From: an uncultured Thermoanaerobaculia bacterium
GTDB taxonomy: Bacteria; Acidobacteriota; Thermoanaerobaculia; Thermoanaerobaculales; Sulfomarinibacteraceae
Direction: 5' to 3'
Length of the DNA stretch: 64,000 bases
NCBI GenBank assembly: GCA_964609835.1
Contig: CAZSTH010000004.1
Location: 3,578-67,577 of the forward strand
The position numbers were made by a program, and so were the translations under genes. Shown here piece by piece: positions 51,272 through 59,605 of the stretch (position 1 is its first letter; every line of letters begins with the position of its first letter). The notes under the pieces are model-generated. The model saw only the letters and a list, made by a program, of their open reading frames with translations, did not search any database and was not told the DNA's origin.

Positions 51272-53070
51272 TGCAGCGCCTCTTCGAGCTCGCGAAACTG
51301 CCATGGCGGTGCCGCCAGCAGCTCGCGCTCGTAGGGGGTCAGGCCCAGCCTCGAACGCAGCGCTGCTGACCCGCTCGCCTTCGCGAGGGCGTCGCGCGCA
51401 CTCGCCACCTGCCCGCGGTCGAGCTCGACGCGGGCCAGGAACAACCACGCCGACACCGCGTGGGGCTCGGCCTCGACCGCCCGCCGGACCAGCGCCGCGG
51501 CCCCGTCGAGATTCGCGACGGCCCGTTCCAGCCGCGCCGCCTCCAGCCACGGCCACGGCTGGTGGGGCTCGAGACGGGTCGCGTGCTCGAAAGCGGCCCG
51601 CGCCCCCGCGACGCTGTCCGGCCACGGCCCGAACTCGTTCACGATGCGGAGGTGCACGGCGCCCAGCGTCATCCACACGTCCGCCGCGCCGGGGTGGACG
51701 CGGGCGGCACGCCGGCTGCGGGCCAGGGCTTCAGCGGCTGCCTCCCAGGTCCACGCCGGTTCGCGAAGCAGCGAGCGGGCGCGCCACTCCAGCGGCGGCG
51801 AGAACCACCCTTCCGCGGCCTCGAGCCGGTTCACCAATCGAGCATCCCGCGGCCCCGCATGCCACAGCCACCGTGCCGACGCCGGGCCCGCCATGCCCCA
51901 CAGCACGATCAGCGCGAGAGCCAGAGCCCGGCATGCCCGACGCCACCAGGGGACCACTTCCGATCGGACAATCCCTGCGCCGGCCTCGAGCAGGCCCAGA
52001 GTCAGGGCCCACCACCACAGAACGACATCGAGGTTGACGACATCGTGAAACAGGGCCATCAACGCCATCGCCGCCGCCGCCGCCCACAGAGCCCGGTTTC
52101 CCCAGCGCTCGCGACCACGCAGGCGCCGCACCCACAGCGCGACGGCCACTACCGCGATCGCGAGGCCGACGACCCCCGTCTGCACCAGCAGCCCGAGCGG
52201 GGTCGACTCGGCAGAGCCGATCAGATACTGGCGCTGACCGATGTGGTCCTCGTGCAGCAGACGGACCGCGCCCGCCGCATCGGGCAGGCCACCGGGGCCA
52301 ACTCCGAACAGCGGCCGGGCTGCCCACAGCCTGAGCACGCCGAGCCAGATCGATGGCCGAAACCAGTCCAGGACCGCGGGATGGATGACCAGGCGCCACG
52401 CCAACAGCGCCGCCGCCGCCGCGCCGCCGACCGCGATGCCGGCGGCCCGAAGCCGGCCGCTCGGCAGCAGGACCGCGATCGCCGCCACCACCGCGAGCAG
52501 ACCCGCCCGGGAACCCGTGATCGCGACGCCGAAAATCAGTACCGAGGAAACTCCGATCCGCCATCCGAACCCGAGGCCCGACGGCAGGGCGAAGCTCAGC
52601 GCCAGCGCGGCCACCAGCAGCGCCGCCGTGAGATTGGGGTTTTCCAGCAGCCCGCCGACCCGGATCCCACCGAAGCCGACCGCCTCCAGCGCGAGCCCGA
52701 CGACCAGCAGCACCGCTGCGGCGATGATGATACTCGCCGCCAGCTCGCGGGCGCGCCGCGTCGACCGCCGGGCGCTCACCCACACACACCATGCGATCAC
52801 CCAGCCCGCGAGGGTGATCCGTGCGTCGAGAGGCGCCAGCCCGACCACAGCCGACGACACCACCCCCCAACCGATGAACGCAAGCCACGCCCCCTCCTCG
52901 GGCCCGGAGCCGAGGCGCTTCGTACCGATGCCGAGGACCACCACCCACACCGTCAGTGCGATGGCGACCGCCAGCCGCTGACCGGGGTAGAAGGCGCCGC
53001 CCATCACCGCCGCCGCAGCCACCACCGCCGCGGCTGCCACCACCGGCACTGCCAGGCTAACGCGGCCCAT
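51268..53070 (-). CDS. O-antigen ligase/O-oligosaccharyltransferase family (Wzy_C) protein with C-terminal TPRs
   Basis: NPN, TGSRAG, R..IW, PLFGVGPG, AES..L.LL..TG..G, FH; TPR-like C-terminus. Confidence 0.82.
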   Translation of the reverse strand: MGRVSLAVPVVAAAAVVAAAAVMGGAFYPGQRLAVAIALTVWVVVLGIGTKRLGSGPEEGAWLAFIGWGVVSSAVVGLAPLDARITLAGWVIAWCVWVSARRSTRRARELAASIIIAAAVLLVVGLALEAVGFGGIRVGGLLENPNLTAALLVAALALSFALPSGLGFGWRIGVSSVLIFGVAITGSRAGLLAVVAAIAVLLPSGRLRAAGIAVGGAAAAALLAWRLVIHPAVLDWFRPSIWLGVLRLWAARPLFGVGPGGLPDAAGAVRLLHEDHIGQRQYLIGSAESTPLGLLVQTGVVGLAIAVVAVALWVRRLRGRERWGNRALWAAAAAMALMALFHDVVNLDVVLWWWALTLGLLEAGAGIVRSEVVPWWRRACRALALALIVLWGMAGPASARWLWHAGPRDARLVNRLEAAEGWFSPPLEWRARSLLREPAWTWEAAAEALARSRRAARVHPGAADVWMTLGAVHLRIVNEFGPWPDSVAGARAAFEHATRLEPHQPWPWLEAARLERAVANLDGAAALVRRAVEAEPHAVSAWLFLARVELDRGQVASARDALAKASGSAALRSRLGLTPYERELLAAPPWQFRELEEALQ

Positions 53071-54667
53071 GCAGCCGGCCGAGCAGACGTTCGTAACGTT
53101 GACGGTAGACCGGGTTCGACGGGTTGGCGCGAGCCGCTTCCCACGCCTCGCTCAGAGCCCGTGGAGCATCACCCTCGGCCTCCGCGAGCAGGCCGCGCAG
53201 GTCCGCGATCGAGGCCGCACGGGGCTTCAGCCATCGGATTTCATCGAGAGCAACGGCCGCCGCCGCGATGCGGTCGAGATCCCCCGAATCCAGCGCCGCG
53301 ACCGCCATCGCCGTCGCCGGCCCCACCCGCCACGGCGCCACCCGCGCGGCCCTGCTGGCCAGTTCGAATCGGTCTCCGGCAGGGAGGTCCGAGACGGCGG
53401 GCGGATCGAGGCTTCGCGAGGCCGCGTGCAGACAGGAGACCGCCAGAGTCGCCACCGCCGCCGCGATGAGCAACGGACGACCGCGTCGCACCGGGGGATC
53501 GCGGACCTCCGAACGCCGGCACGCCACCGCCCACCCGGCCAGCACCGCCCACGGCACCGCCACGCCGGATCCGTAGAGCGAGAAGTCGACGAGGTTGTGG
53601 GCCGGAATCACCGCCACCGCCACCGCCAGGTCGGGCCGCAACGGCCACAGGTCGCGGACCAGCCCCGAAAGCCAGATGGCGATGGCCAGCGCGGCCGCCA
53701 ATCCCACGGGGCCGAGCTCCGCGAGCCACTCCAACGGCAGGGAATGGGCGTGGCGCGGGCGGTTGCCAACCTCGAAGGGAACAGCCTGTGCGGCCTGCCC
53801 GAAGCCGCCGAACCCGATGCCGGCCGCCGGCGCGGTGGACCAGATCCACACCGCCGATCGCCAGTTGTCGAGACGCAGGCCGACCGGCTCGAGCTCCCGC
53901 ACGTCGCCGCGCACGACAATCACGATCGCGAGCGCCGCCGCCAGGGCGACCGCCAGCGGCAGGGCCGCCCGGCGGTGGCGGGCCGCGGCCAGAGCGGCCG
54001 CGGCCGCCAGGGCGAGACCGAGACCGACCGGGGACCGGGTCGCCGCGAGCCCGGCCACGCACAGCAGCGCACCGCCTCCCCACAGCACCGCGGCGCGGTC
54101 GCGGCGAACCCGGGCCAGGAGCAGCGGCAGCCCGGTCGCAAGCAGGACCGCGAGGTGGGACGGCAGCGGCTGCGAGGCGAAGGCCCGGCCCGCGGCCAGA
54201 CGCTCGGCGGCATCGGAGCGGAACTGCTCCGGGACCTGCTGCAGGACGGCCGCGTGGTGCTCGGGGCCGGCGGTGACCTGGAGGAGCCCCCACACGGCGA
54301 GGCCCGCGACCACCAGGCCGAAAACGGCTCCGGCGGGCTCCGGCGGCGCCTGTCGCGAAGCCAGCCAGACGACCGCGGCGACCGCCACCAGCAGCGTCCC
54401 CTCGGTGAGGGCAGCTGACGGATCGTAGCCGAGCAGCCCGTGCGGGATGACCAGCAGGGCTGCGGACAGGGCGAGCCAGGCCGCCGCGGCGCCGGCGGCC
54501 ACGCGCCGCCGGTCACCCAGGAGGACCGCCAGCGCGACGGCCGAGGCGATCGGAAAGGACCAGGGATGGGTCTCGGCCGGGGACCACGCGAGCAGCGCGG
54601 CCATCGCCAGCGGCGCGAACCCCCTGATCCCGCGACCACCAGCCCGGTCTTCCGGCACTTCAACCAC
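53057..54667 (-). CDS. Second O-antigen ligase/O-oligosaccharyltransferase family (Wzy_C) protein
   Basis: R..NW, GIGFGGF, HAHSLPLEWLAELG..G, HNLVDF. Confidence 0.85.
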   Translation of the reverse strand: MVEVPEDRAGGRGIRGFAPLAMAALLAWSPAETHPWSFPIASAVALAVLLGDRRRVAAGAAAAWLALSAALLVIPHGLLGYDPSAALTEGTLLVAVAAVVWLASRQAPPEPAGAVFGLVVAGLAVWGLLQVTAGPEHHAAVLQQVPEQFRSDAAERLAAGRAFASQPLPSHLAVLLATGLPLLLARVRRDRAAVLWGGGALLCVAGLAATRSPVGLGLALAAAAALAAARHRRAALPLAVALAAALAIVIVVRGDVRELEPVGLRLDNWRSAVWIWSTAPAAGIGFGGFGQAAQAVPFEVGNRPRHAHSLPLEWLAELGPVGLAAALAIAIWLSGLVRDLWPLRPDLAVAVAVIPAHNLVDFSLYGSGVAVPWAVLAGWAVACRRSEVRDPPVRRGRPLLIAAAVATLAVSCLHAASRSLDPPAVSDLPAGDRFELASRAARVAPWRVGPATAMAVAALDSGDLDRIAAAAVALDEIRWLKPRAASIADLRGLLAEAEGDAPRALSEAWEAARANPSNPVYRQRYERLLGRLHGPR

Positions 54668-54737
54668 GATGATCCAGCCTCTCTCGAGTGTCTCACGACC
54701 GCCTCGGGGCGCCGTCTGCCGGTGTCAGGCGGGCACG

Positions 54738-54761
54738 AAAAAAGGGGGCGCAGGGGCCCCC
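54738..54761 (-). terminator. Intrinsic terminator of the pilin gene
   Basis: GGGGGC-ccctgc-GCCCCC followed by T6 on the minus strand, 24 nt after the pilin stop. Confidence 0.85.
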
Positions 54762-54785
54762 GATTTCGAATTCGCGGCAGAACGA

Positions 54786-55253
54786 CTACTCGGTCTGCAC
54801 GCCCTCGGGGTACTGGATGAACGATCCATTGGAGAAGACGATGTCGCAGTCCATGTCGCCCGTGAGGGTGCCGATACTGTAGCTGTCGAGGTTACCCTCA
54901 AAGGTCTTGTTCTTCCCGGCCGATCCGATCGAGTAGAACTGCGGATTCGACGAGGCGTGGAAGGCCGTCCGCCAGCCGTCGGCCTGCGGAGCGGACTTGA
55001 TGTAGGTCGGCTGCAAATAATCATTGAACTCAGCCGAGACTGGTTGGTCTGCACTGACGCTAGGATACTGCGACGCATCCACCGCATAGGCCTCGGTGGC
55101 GGTGCCCACGGTCCGAAGGTCGGCCATGGAGCGCTTCTGACGGCCACGGTTGATGGCGTTCAGAAGGTTGGGGATGGCGATAGCGGCAATAATGCCGATG
55201 ATCGCCACCACGATCAGCAGCTCGATCAACGTAAATCCACGATTCTTTCGCAT
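54786..55253 (-). CDS. Type IV pilin (class III signal peptide, GspG-like C-terminal motifs); probable major pilin
   Basis: MRKNRG/FTLIELLIVVAIIGIIAAIAIPN; DGW...SAG motif; AAGGAGG SD; own promoter and terminator. Confidence 0.92.
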   Translation of the reverse strand: MRKNRGFTLIELLIVVAIIGIIAAIAIPNLLNAINRGRQKRSMADLRTVGTATEAYAVDASQYPSVSADQPVSAEFNDYLQPTYIKSAPQADGWRTAFHASSNPQFYSIGSAGKNKTFEGNLDSYSIGTLTGDMDCDIVFSNGSFIQYPEGVQTE

Positions 55254-55285
55254 CTTGTTGCCTCCTTTCACGGCGGTCTCGTTAG

Positions 55286-55301
55286 TGCAAGGCCCGTGCC
55301 A
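55286..55301 (-). promoter_or_regulatory. Sigma54 (-24/-12) promoter
   Basis: TGGCAC-GGGCC-TTGCA, an exact consensus match, 32 nt upstream of the pilin ATG. Confidence 0.88.
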
Positions 55302-55331
55302 GCCATTTCCGGCACCGAGAGACATGGAAAG

Positions 55332-55346
55332 TGACGCTCTACGTCA
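55332..55346. promoter_or_regulatory. TGACG-N5-CGTCA palindrome (candidate regulator site)
   Basis: Perfect dyad 30 nt upstream of the sigma54 box. Confidence 0.4.
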
Positions 55347-55430
55347 ATCCGCGGTGGGCGCACACGCGCGTCGCGTCATTCTCCTCCGCCGGAGAGCGGA
55401 GATTCGGGATGGCGTGGCGCCGCGCCGGGC

Positions 55431-56657
55431 TCATGGCTTCCACTCCGGGCCCGAGCCGCGCCAACGGTGCTCGGGCGCCCACACGCCCGGCCACGGCTGC
55501 TCCGCCGTCACCCGCACCGTCGCGGCATCGCACCAGTAGTCGTAGGCCTGTCCGCCGGTCGCGTGCACCGCGACGTCGATCAAATACTCGCCGGGCGCGA
55601 GCGCGCAGGCCGGATACTCGCACCACACTTCGCCGTCGGCAGCCAGCAGGACGGGCTCGAGCCCGGCCATCAGGGTGTTGTGGCCCGCCACCTTGGCGCC
55701 GTCCGAGGTGTGCCACGCGATTCCGAACACGAAGTCCCGGACCGGACGCCGCACTCGGTAGCGGATGCGGACCTGGCACGGGCTGCCGTTCGGGATCAGG
55801 CGCTGCGGGTGGTCGCCCACCCACACCTCGGCGGCGATGATCTCGACGTCGCCATTGCCCCAACGGCGGCCGTCGTCGTCGCGGGTCTCGTCGGTATCAA
55901 GACCGGTTTCGGACTCCCCGGCGGCATCACTGCGGTAGCGCGCCACCACGGCATCGCTGGGGCCCTCGGCCGCCACCCGTCCCCGCTCGAGGTACAGCGC
56001 ACGGTCCGCGAAGCCGGCCACCAGGTCGAGGTCGTGCGACACCAGGACCATCGTCACACCGCGCTGGCGGAGGCGTGCCAGGCGGTCGAGGCAGCGGCGC
56101 GTGAAGGACTCGTCGCCGACTGCCAGCACCTCGTCGATCAACAAGATGTCGGGGTCGGCGGCGACCGCCACCGCGAACCCGAGACGCACGTACATCCCGG
56201 ACGAGTAGACCTTCACCGGCTGGTCGATGAACTCGCCGATGCCGGCGAAGGCGACGATCTCGTCCATCCGCGCCTCGATCTCGCGCCGCGTCAGCCCGAG
56301 CAGCATGCCGTTGATGAGCACGTTCTCGCGGCCCGTGATTTCGGGATGGAACCCCGCCCCGAGCTCGATCAGCGCCGTCACCCTTCCGTCCGTCTCCACT
56401 GTGCCCTCGGTCGGCTTGAGGATGCCGCCCGCGAGCTTGAGAAAGGTGGACTTTCCGGATCCGTTGGGCCCGATCAGGGCCACCGCCTCACCCGCGGCGA
56501 CGGTCACGTCGATGCCGCACAGCGCACGATGCGTGCGCTCCCGATCCCCCTTCTTCCGGCGGTGGAAAAGGGCCCCCTTGAGGGTTTCATGGCGGACCCT
56601 CCGGCCGCGCCACCGGTAGACCTTGTGTACGCCGCGAAACCGGATTTCTCCCCTCAC
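55431..56657 (-). CDS. wzt: Second polysaccharide ABC exporter ATPase with C-terminal domain
   Basis: GPNGSGKST, GFHPEITGREN, YSSGMYVRLGF, RWGNG-type C-terminal domain. Confidence 0.92.
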   Translation of the reverse strand: MRGEIRFRGVHKVYRWRGRRVRHETLKGALFHRRKKGDRERTHRALCGIDVTVAAGEAVALIGPNGSGKSTFLKLAGGILKPTEGTVETDGRVTALIELGAGFHPEITGRENVLINGMLLGLTRREIEARMDEIVAFAGIGEFIDQPVKVYSSGMYVRLGFAVAVAADPDILLIDEVLAVGDESFTRRCLDRLARLRQRGVTMVLVSHDLDLVAGFADRALYLERGRVAAEGPSDAVVARYRSDAAGESETGLDTDETRDDDGRRWGNGDVEIIAAEVWVGDHPQRLIPNGSPCQVRIRYRVRRPVRDFVFGIAWHTSDGAKVAGHNTLMAGLEPVLLAADGEVWCEYPACALAPGEYLIDVAVHATGGQAYDYWCDAATVRVTAEQPWPGVWAPEHRWRGSGPEWKP

Positions 56658-57454
56658 ACCGCCTCCACGAGGGTTTCGCGGTAGCGCTCGAAGACCAGCG
56701 CGCCGATCCACCAGCTTGCGGCGCCGACGGCGTAGGCGGTCACCCACACCGCCGGTGGCGATGGCGAACCGGTAAACACGGTGTCGCGGTACACCGCAAC
56801 CAGGCTCGCCAAAGGGTTGAGGCGGAGCACGCGTTCGAGGGTTCCAGGAACCTCGAGCCCCTCCAGCTTGTAGATGATGGGGGACGAGAAGAACAGCAGG
56901 TTGAGGAGGTGCCCCAGGAGGTCGCGAAGATCCCGGTAGTGGACCGCCAGCACCGACACCGCCATCACGACTCCGCCGGTGGCCAGGATCCACGGCAGGA
57001 GGGCGGCCGGCAGCAGCCACACCGACCACGGGAAGTCGTGCAGGCCTGCGGCCGTTCCGACCACCATGGCAGCGATCAGGATCGGCAGCGCGAGAACGTG
57101 GTGGACGAGATGGGATGCCACCGTGACCGCTGGGAAAACCTCCGGCGGGCACATCACCTTGGCCAGCAACGGGCCGTTGTCGATCAGCGTGATCGAGCCG
57201 TCGAGCACCGCACCCGAGAAGAACAGCCACGGCAGGAGACCGCTGAAGAGGAACAAGGGGTAGGGGTCGGCACCGGGGAAACGCGGGCTGAAGATGTAGG
57301 TGAAGACGACCGCGTAGACGGCCAGCAGCAGGAGGGGGTTCAGCAACGACCAGAAGAAACCGAGGACCGACGCCCGGTAGCGCGCGTCGAGTTCACGCCG
57401 GACCAGCACCGCCACCAGCGCTCGCTGGCGCCACAGCAGGCGGAGGGCTGCCAT
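56654..57454 (-). CDS. wzm: Second polysaccharide ABC exporter permease
   Basis: RELDARYRASVLGFFWSLLNPL, SPIIY, LNP. Confidence 0.92.
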   Translation of the reverse strand: MAALRLLWRQRALVAVLVRRELDARYRASVLGFFWSLLNPLLLLAVYAVVFTYIFSPRFPGADPYPLFLFSGLLPWLFFSGAVLDGSITLIDNGPLLAKVMCPPEVFPAVTVASHLVHHVLALPILIAAMVVGTAAGLHDFPWSVWLLPAALLPWILATGGVVMAVSVLAVHYRDLRDLLGHLLNLLFFSSPIIYKLEGLEVPGTLERVLRLNPLASLVAVYRDTVFTGSPSPPAVWVTAYAVGAASWWIGALVFERYRETLVEAV

Positions 57455-57466
57455 CGACGTCCCCGG

Positions 57467-58639
57467 TCAATCCCGGGTCTGGAGGAGATCCTGGACCTGG
57501 TTGAGGATCCGGCGGCGCTCGGTCTCGAGGTGCCGCTGGTAGCTCAGGACCTGCCCTTCCTTGACGATGAACATCTTGGGGTAGTGCTTGACGTCGCCGT
57601 GGTCGTCGAACAGGATCGGCCCGGTCACCCCCATCTGCTCGGTGACCCCGTAGTTGAGGGCTTTCAAAATCTCGAGAGTCTCAGGGGGGTTGGCGAGGGT
57701 CATGACCCGGATCACGAAGTTCATGGCATCGAAGCCGTGGGCCGCGAACACGTCCGGCGCGCGGCCGTACGCGTCCATGTAACGGTTGACGAACCCGAGC
57801 ACGGGCTCCTTGTCCGAGGTCCTGTCGAACGGCGGCAGCGGGAAGAACAGCCCCTCGGAAGCCCTTCCCGCCTCGCGGATGACGTCACCGCTGTAGATTG
57901 CGGAGGTCGTGACGATCCGGCCGCGAAAATCGGTTTCCTGCAGGTGCAGCACGACATCGAGGATCTCTTCCGCGTAGCCTACGGCGTAGACGGCCTCGAT
58001 GCCGCCGAGACTCGCATCCACCTGCTCGCGCCAGTCCGCCGCGGTGGTGCTGATCTCCGCCACGATCTCCCCGTTCAACGCCCCCTCGTACTGCTTCCGG
58101 AACTCGGGAAGGATGCCGCGGGTGTACTCGGTGTCGCCCGTCACCAAGAGCACCCTCTGCTTTCCCAGCTTCTCGTGCAGGAAGTTGGCCGCCGTGTGCC
58201 CCTCGAGTTCGTCCGACGGATAGATGCGAAAGAACATCCGCGACATCTCGGCCAGACCCGGAGCCGATGCCGACGGCGACAGGCAGACGACGTCAAGCTC
58301 CTCGAGCACCGGAATGATGGCCAGGGCCTCGGCGCTGGTCGCGCCGGCAATCACCAGCTTGACGTCGCGCTCGGCGACCATCTTCCGCAGCTCCTCCACC
58401 GCACGCGTCGGATCCGAGTCGGTTTCCGCCCACAGCACCTCGAAGCCCTGCGGCAGCTCGTTGCGGCCGCGCGCTTCGGTCAGAGCCAGCTTGATGCCGC
58501 TCTCGATCGACTCGCCGTAGGATGCGGCTGCACCGGAGGAGGGAAGCATCACACCGACGATCGGCGCACCGCCGCAGCCGATGGTCAGGCCGGCCAAAAC
58601 CATCACCAGAGATGCGACGGGGATGGAGCGTCGGGACAT
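57467..58639 (-). CDS. Lipoprotein with type I periplasmic-binding fold (LivK-like / LpoA C-terminal-like)
   Basis: Lipobox-like LTIGC, P.SG..A.YG, FFR..PSD, AA.GFDA; GAGGAGG SD. Confidence 0.8.
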   Translation of the reverse strand: MSRRSIPVASLVMVLAGLTIGCGGAPIVGVMLPSSGAAASYGESIESGIKLALTEARGRNELPQGFEVLWAETDSDPTRAVEELRKMVAERDVKLVIAGATSAEALAIIPVLEELDVVCLSPSASAPGLAEMSRMFFRIYPSDELEGHTAANFLHEKLGKQRVLLVTGDTEYTRGILPEFRKQYEGALNGEIVAEISTTAADWREQVDASLGGIEAVYAVGYAEEILDVVLHLQETDFRGRIVTTSAIYSGDVIREAGRASEGLFFPLPPFDRTSDKEPVLGFVNRYMDAYGRAPDVFAAHGFDAMNFVIRVMTLANPPETLEILKALNYGVTEQMGVTGPILFDDHGDVKHYPKMFIVKEGQVLSYQRHLETERRRILNQVQDLLQTRD

Positions 58640-58703
58640 GGTTGACCTCCTCACGAAACGCGCTCAGGGTAGCACAGAGCCGGCCGCCCGCCGCCGCAGC
58701 CGA

Positions 58704-59588
58704 TCAGCCATCCTCGGTCCCCTCATGGCCTTCGCCGCCAGCGCTCAGGACGTCGAAGACCTGCCGCCGGCGCAGGCCCAGACGTCGCGCCGCCCGCCGC
58801 ATCGCATCGGCCCGGTCGAGCCCCTGCTCCAGCGCGAGCCGGTACTCGGATCGAACCTCATTCTCGTCGAACTCATCGTCTCCGCTCGCCGCCGCAGGGC
58901 CGATCACGACCACGTACTCGCCCCGCGGCGAGCTGCAGTCCTCGCTGCGTGCGAGCTCACCGAGCGTGCCGATCGATGCCCGCTCGAAGCGCTTGCTGAT
59001 CTCCGCCAACAACGTTGCCTGCCGTTCGCTGCCGAGGACCTTGGCCAGATCAGCCAGCTCGCGTCCGAGGCGGTGCGGAGACAACAGAAACACGAGGGTC
59101 CACGGAAAGGCGGCCAGCTCGGCGATACGTCGGCGGCGTGGTCCCGGGCGCGCCGGCAGGAAACCGCAGAGAGTTGCCGGAAGCGGCGGCTGCCCGGCGG
59201 CGGCGAGCGCCGCCGTGAATGCGGACGGTCCGGGTACGCTGCGGACGCCGAATCCTCGCTCTCGCGCCGCACGCACCAGTTTGAAGCCCGGATCCGACAA
59301 CACCGGCGTGCCGGCATCGCTGACCAACGCCAGTGACCTCCCGGCCTCGAGCTCACCCACCAGGCGCTTGACCTGCTGGTCCTCGTTGTGCTCGTGAAGG
59401 CTCTGTACCGGGAACCTGGTCGAGATCCCGAAATGACCGAGGAGAGTCCGTGCTCGGCGGGTGTCCTCTGCGAGGACCACGTCCACCGCAGCCAGGATCT
59501 CGCCGGCTCGCGCCGACAGATCCGCGAGGGTTCCGATCGGCGTGGCGACGATCCACAGCTCTCCGCGGTTCCGGCTGCCGGCAGGCAC
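58704..59588 (-). CDS. rsmI: 16S rRNA (cytidine1402-2'-O)-methyltransferase
   Basis: VATPIG, AEDTR, HEHNE, VSDAGTP..SDPG, PGPSA, EISK.FE, RGE. Confidence 0.95.
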   Translation of the reverse strand: MPAGSRNRGELWIVATPIGTLADLSARAGEILAAVDVVLAEDTRRARTLLGHFGISTRFPVQSLHEHNEDQQVKRLVGELEAGRSLALVSDAGTPVLSDPGFKLVRAARERGFGVRSVPGPSAFTAALAAAGQPPLPATLCGFLPARPGPRRRRIAELAAFPWTLVFLLSPHRLGRELADLAKVLGSERQATLLAEISKRFERASIGTLGELARSEDCSSPRGEYVVVIGPAAASGDDEFDENEVRSEYRLALEQGLDRADAMRRAARRLGLRRRQVFDVLSAGGEGHEGTEDG

Positions 59589-59590
59589 GC

Positions 59591-59603
59591 TGCTATCATA
59601 CCA
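59591..59603. promoter_or_regulatory. Symmetric bidirectional extended -10 promoter
   Basis: TGcTATCAT (+, 59591-59599) overlaps TGgTATGAT (-, 59603-59595); each is 6 nt from a GTG start. Confidence 0.75.
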
Positions 59604-59605
59604 AG

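Noticed and set aside
54786-55253. Electrically conductive (e-pilin) candidate
   Set aside because: No aromatic residue between F1 and Y50 of the mature protein; positions 24, 27 and 32 are not aromatic
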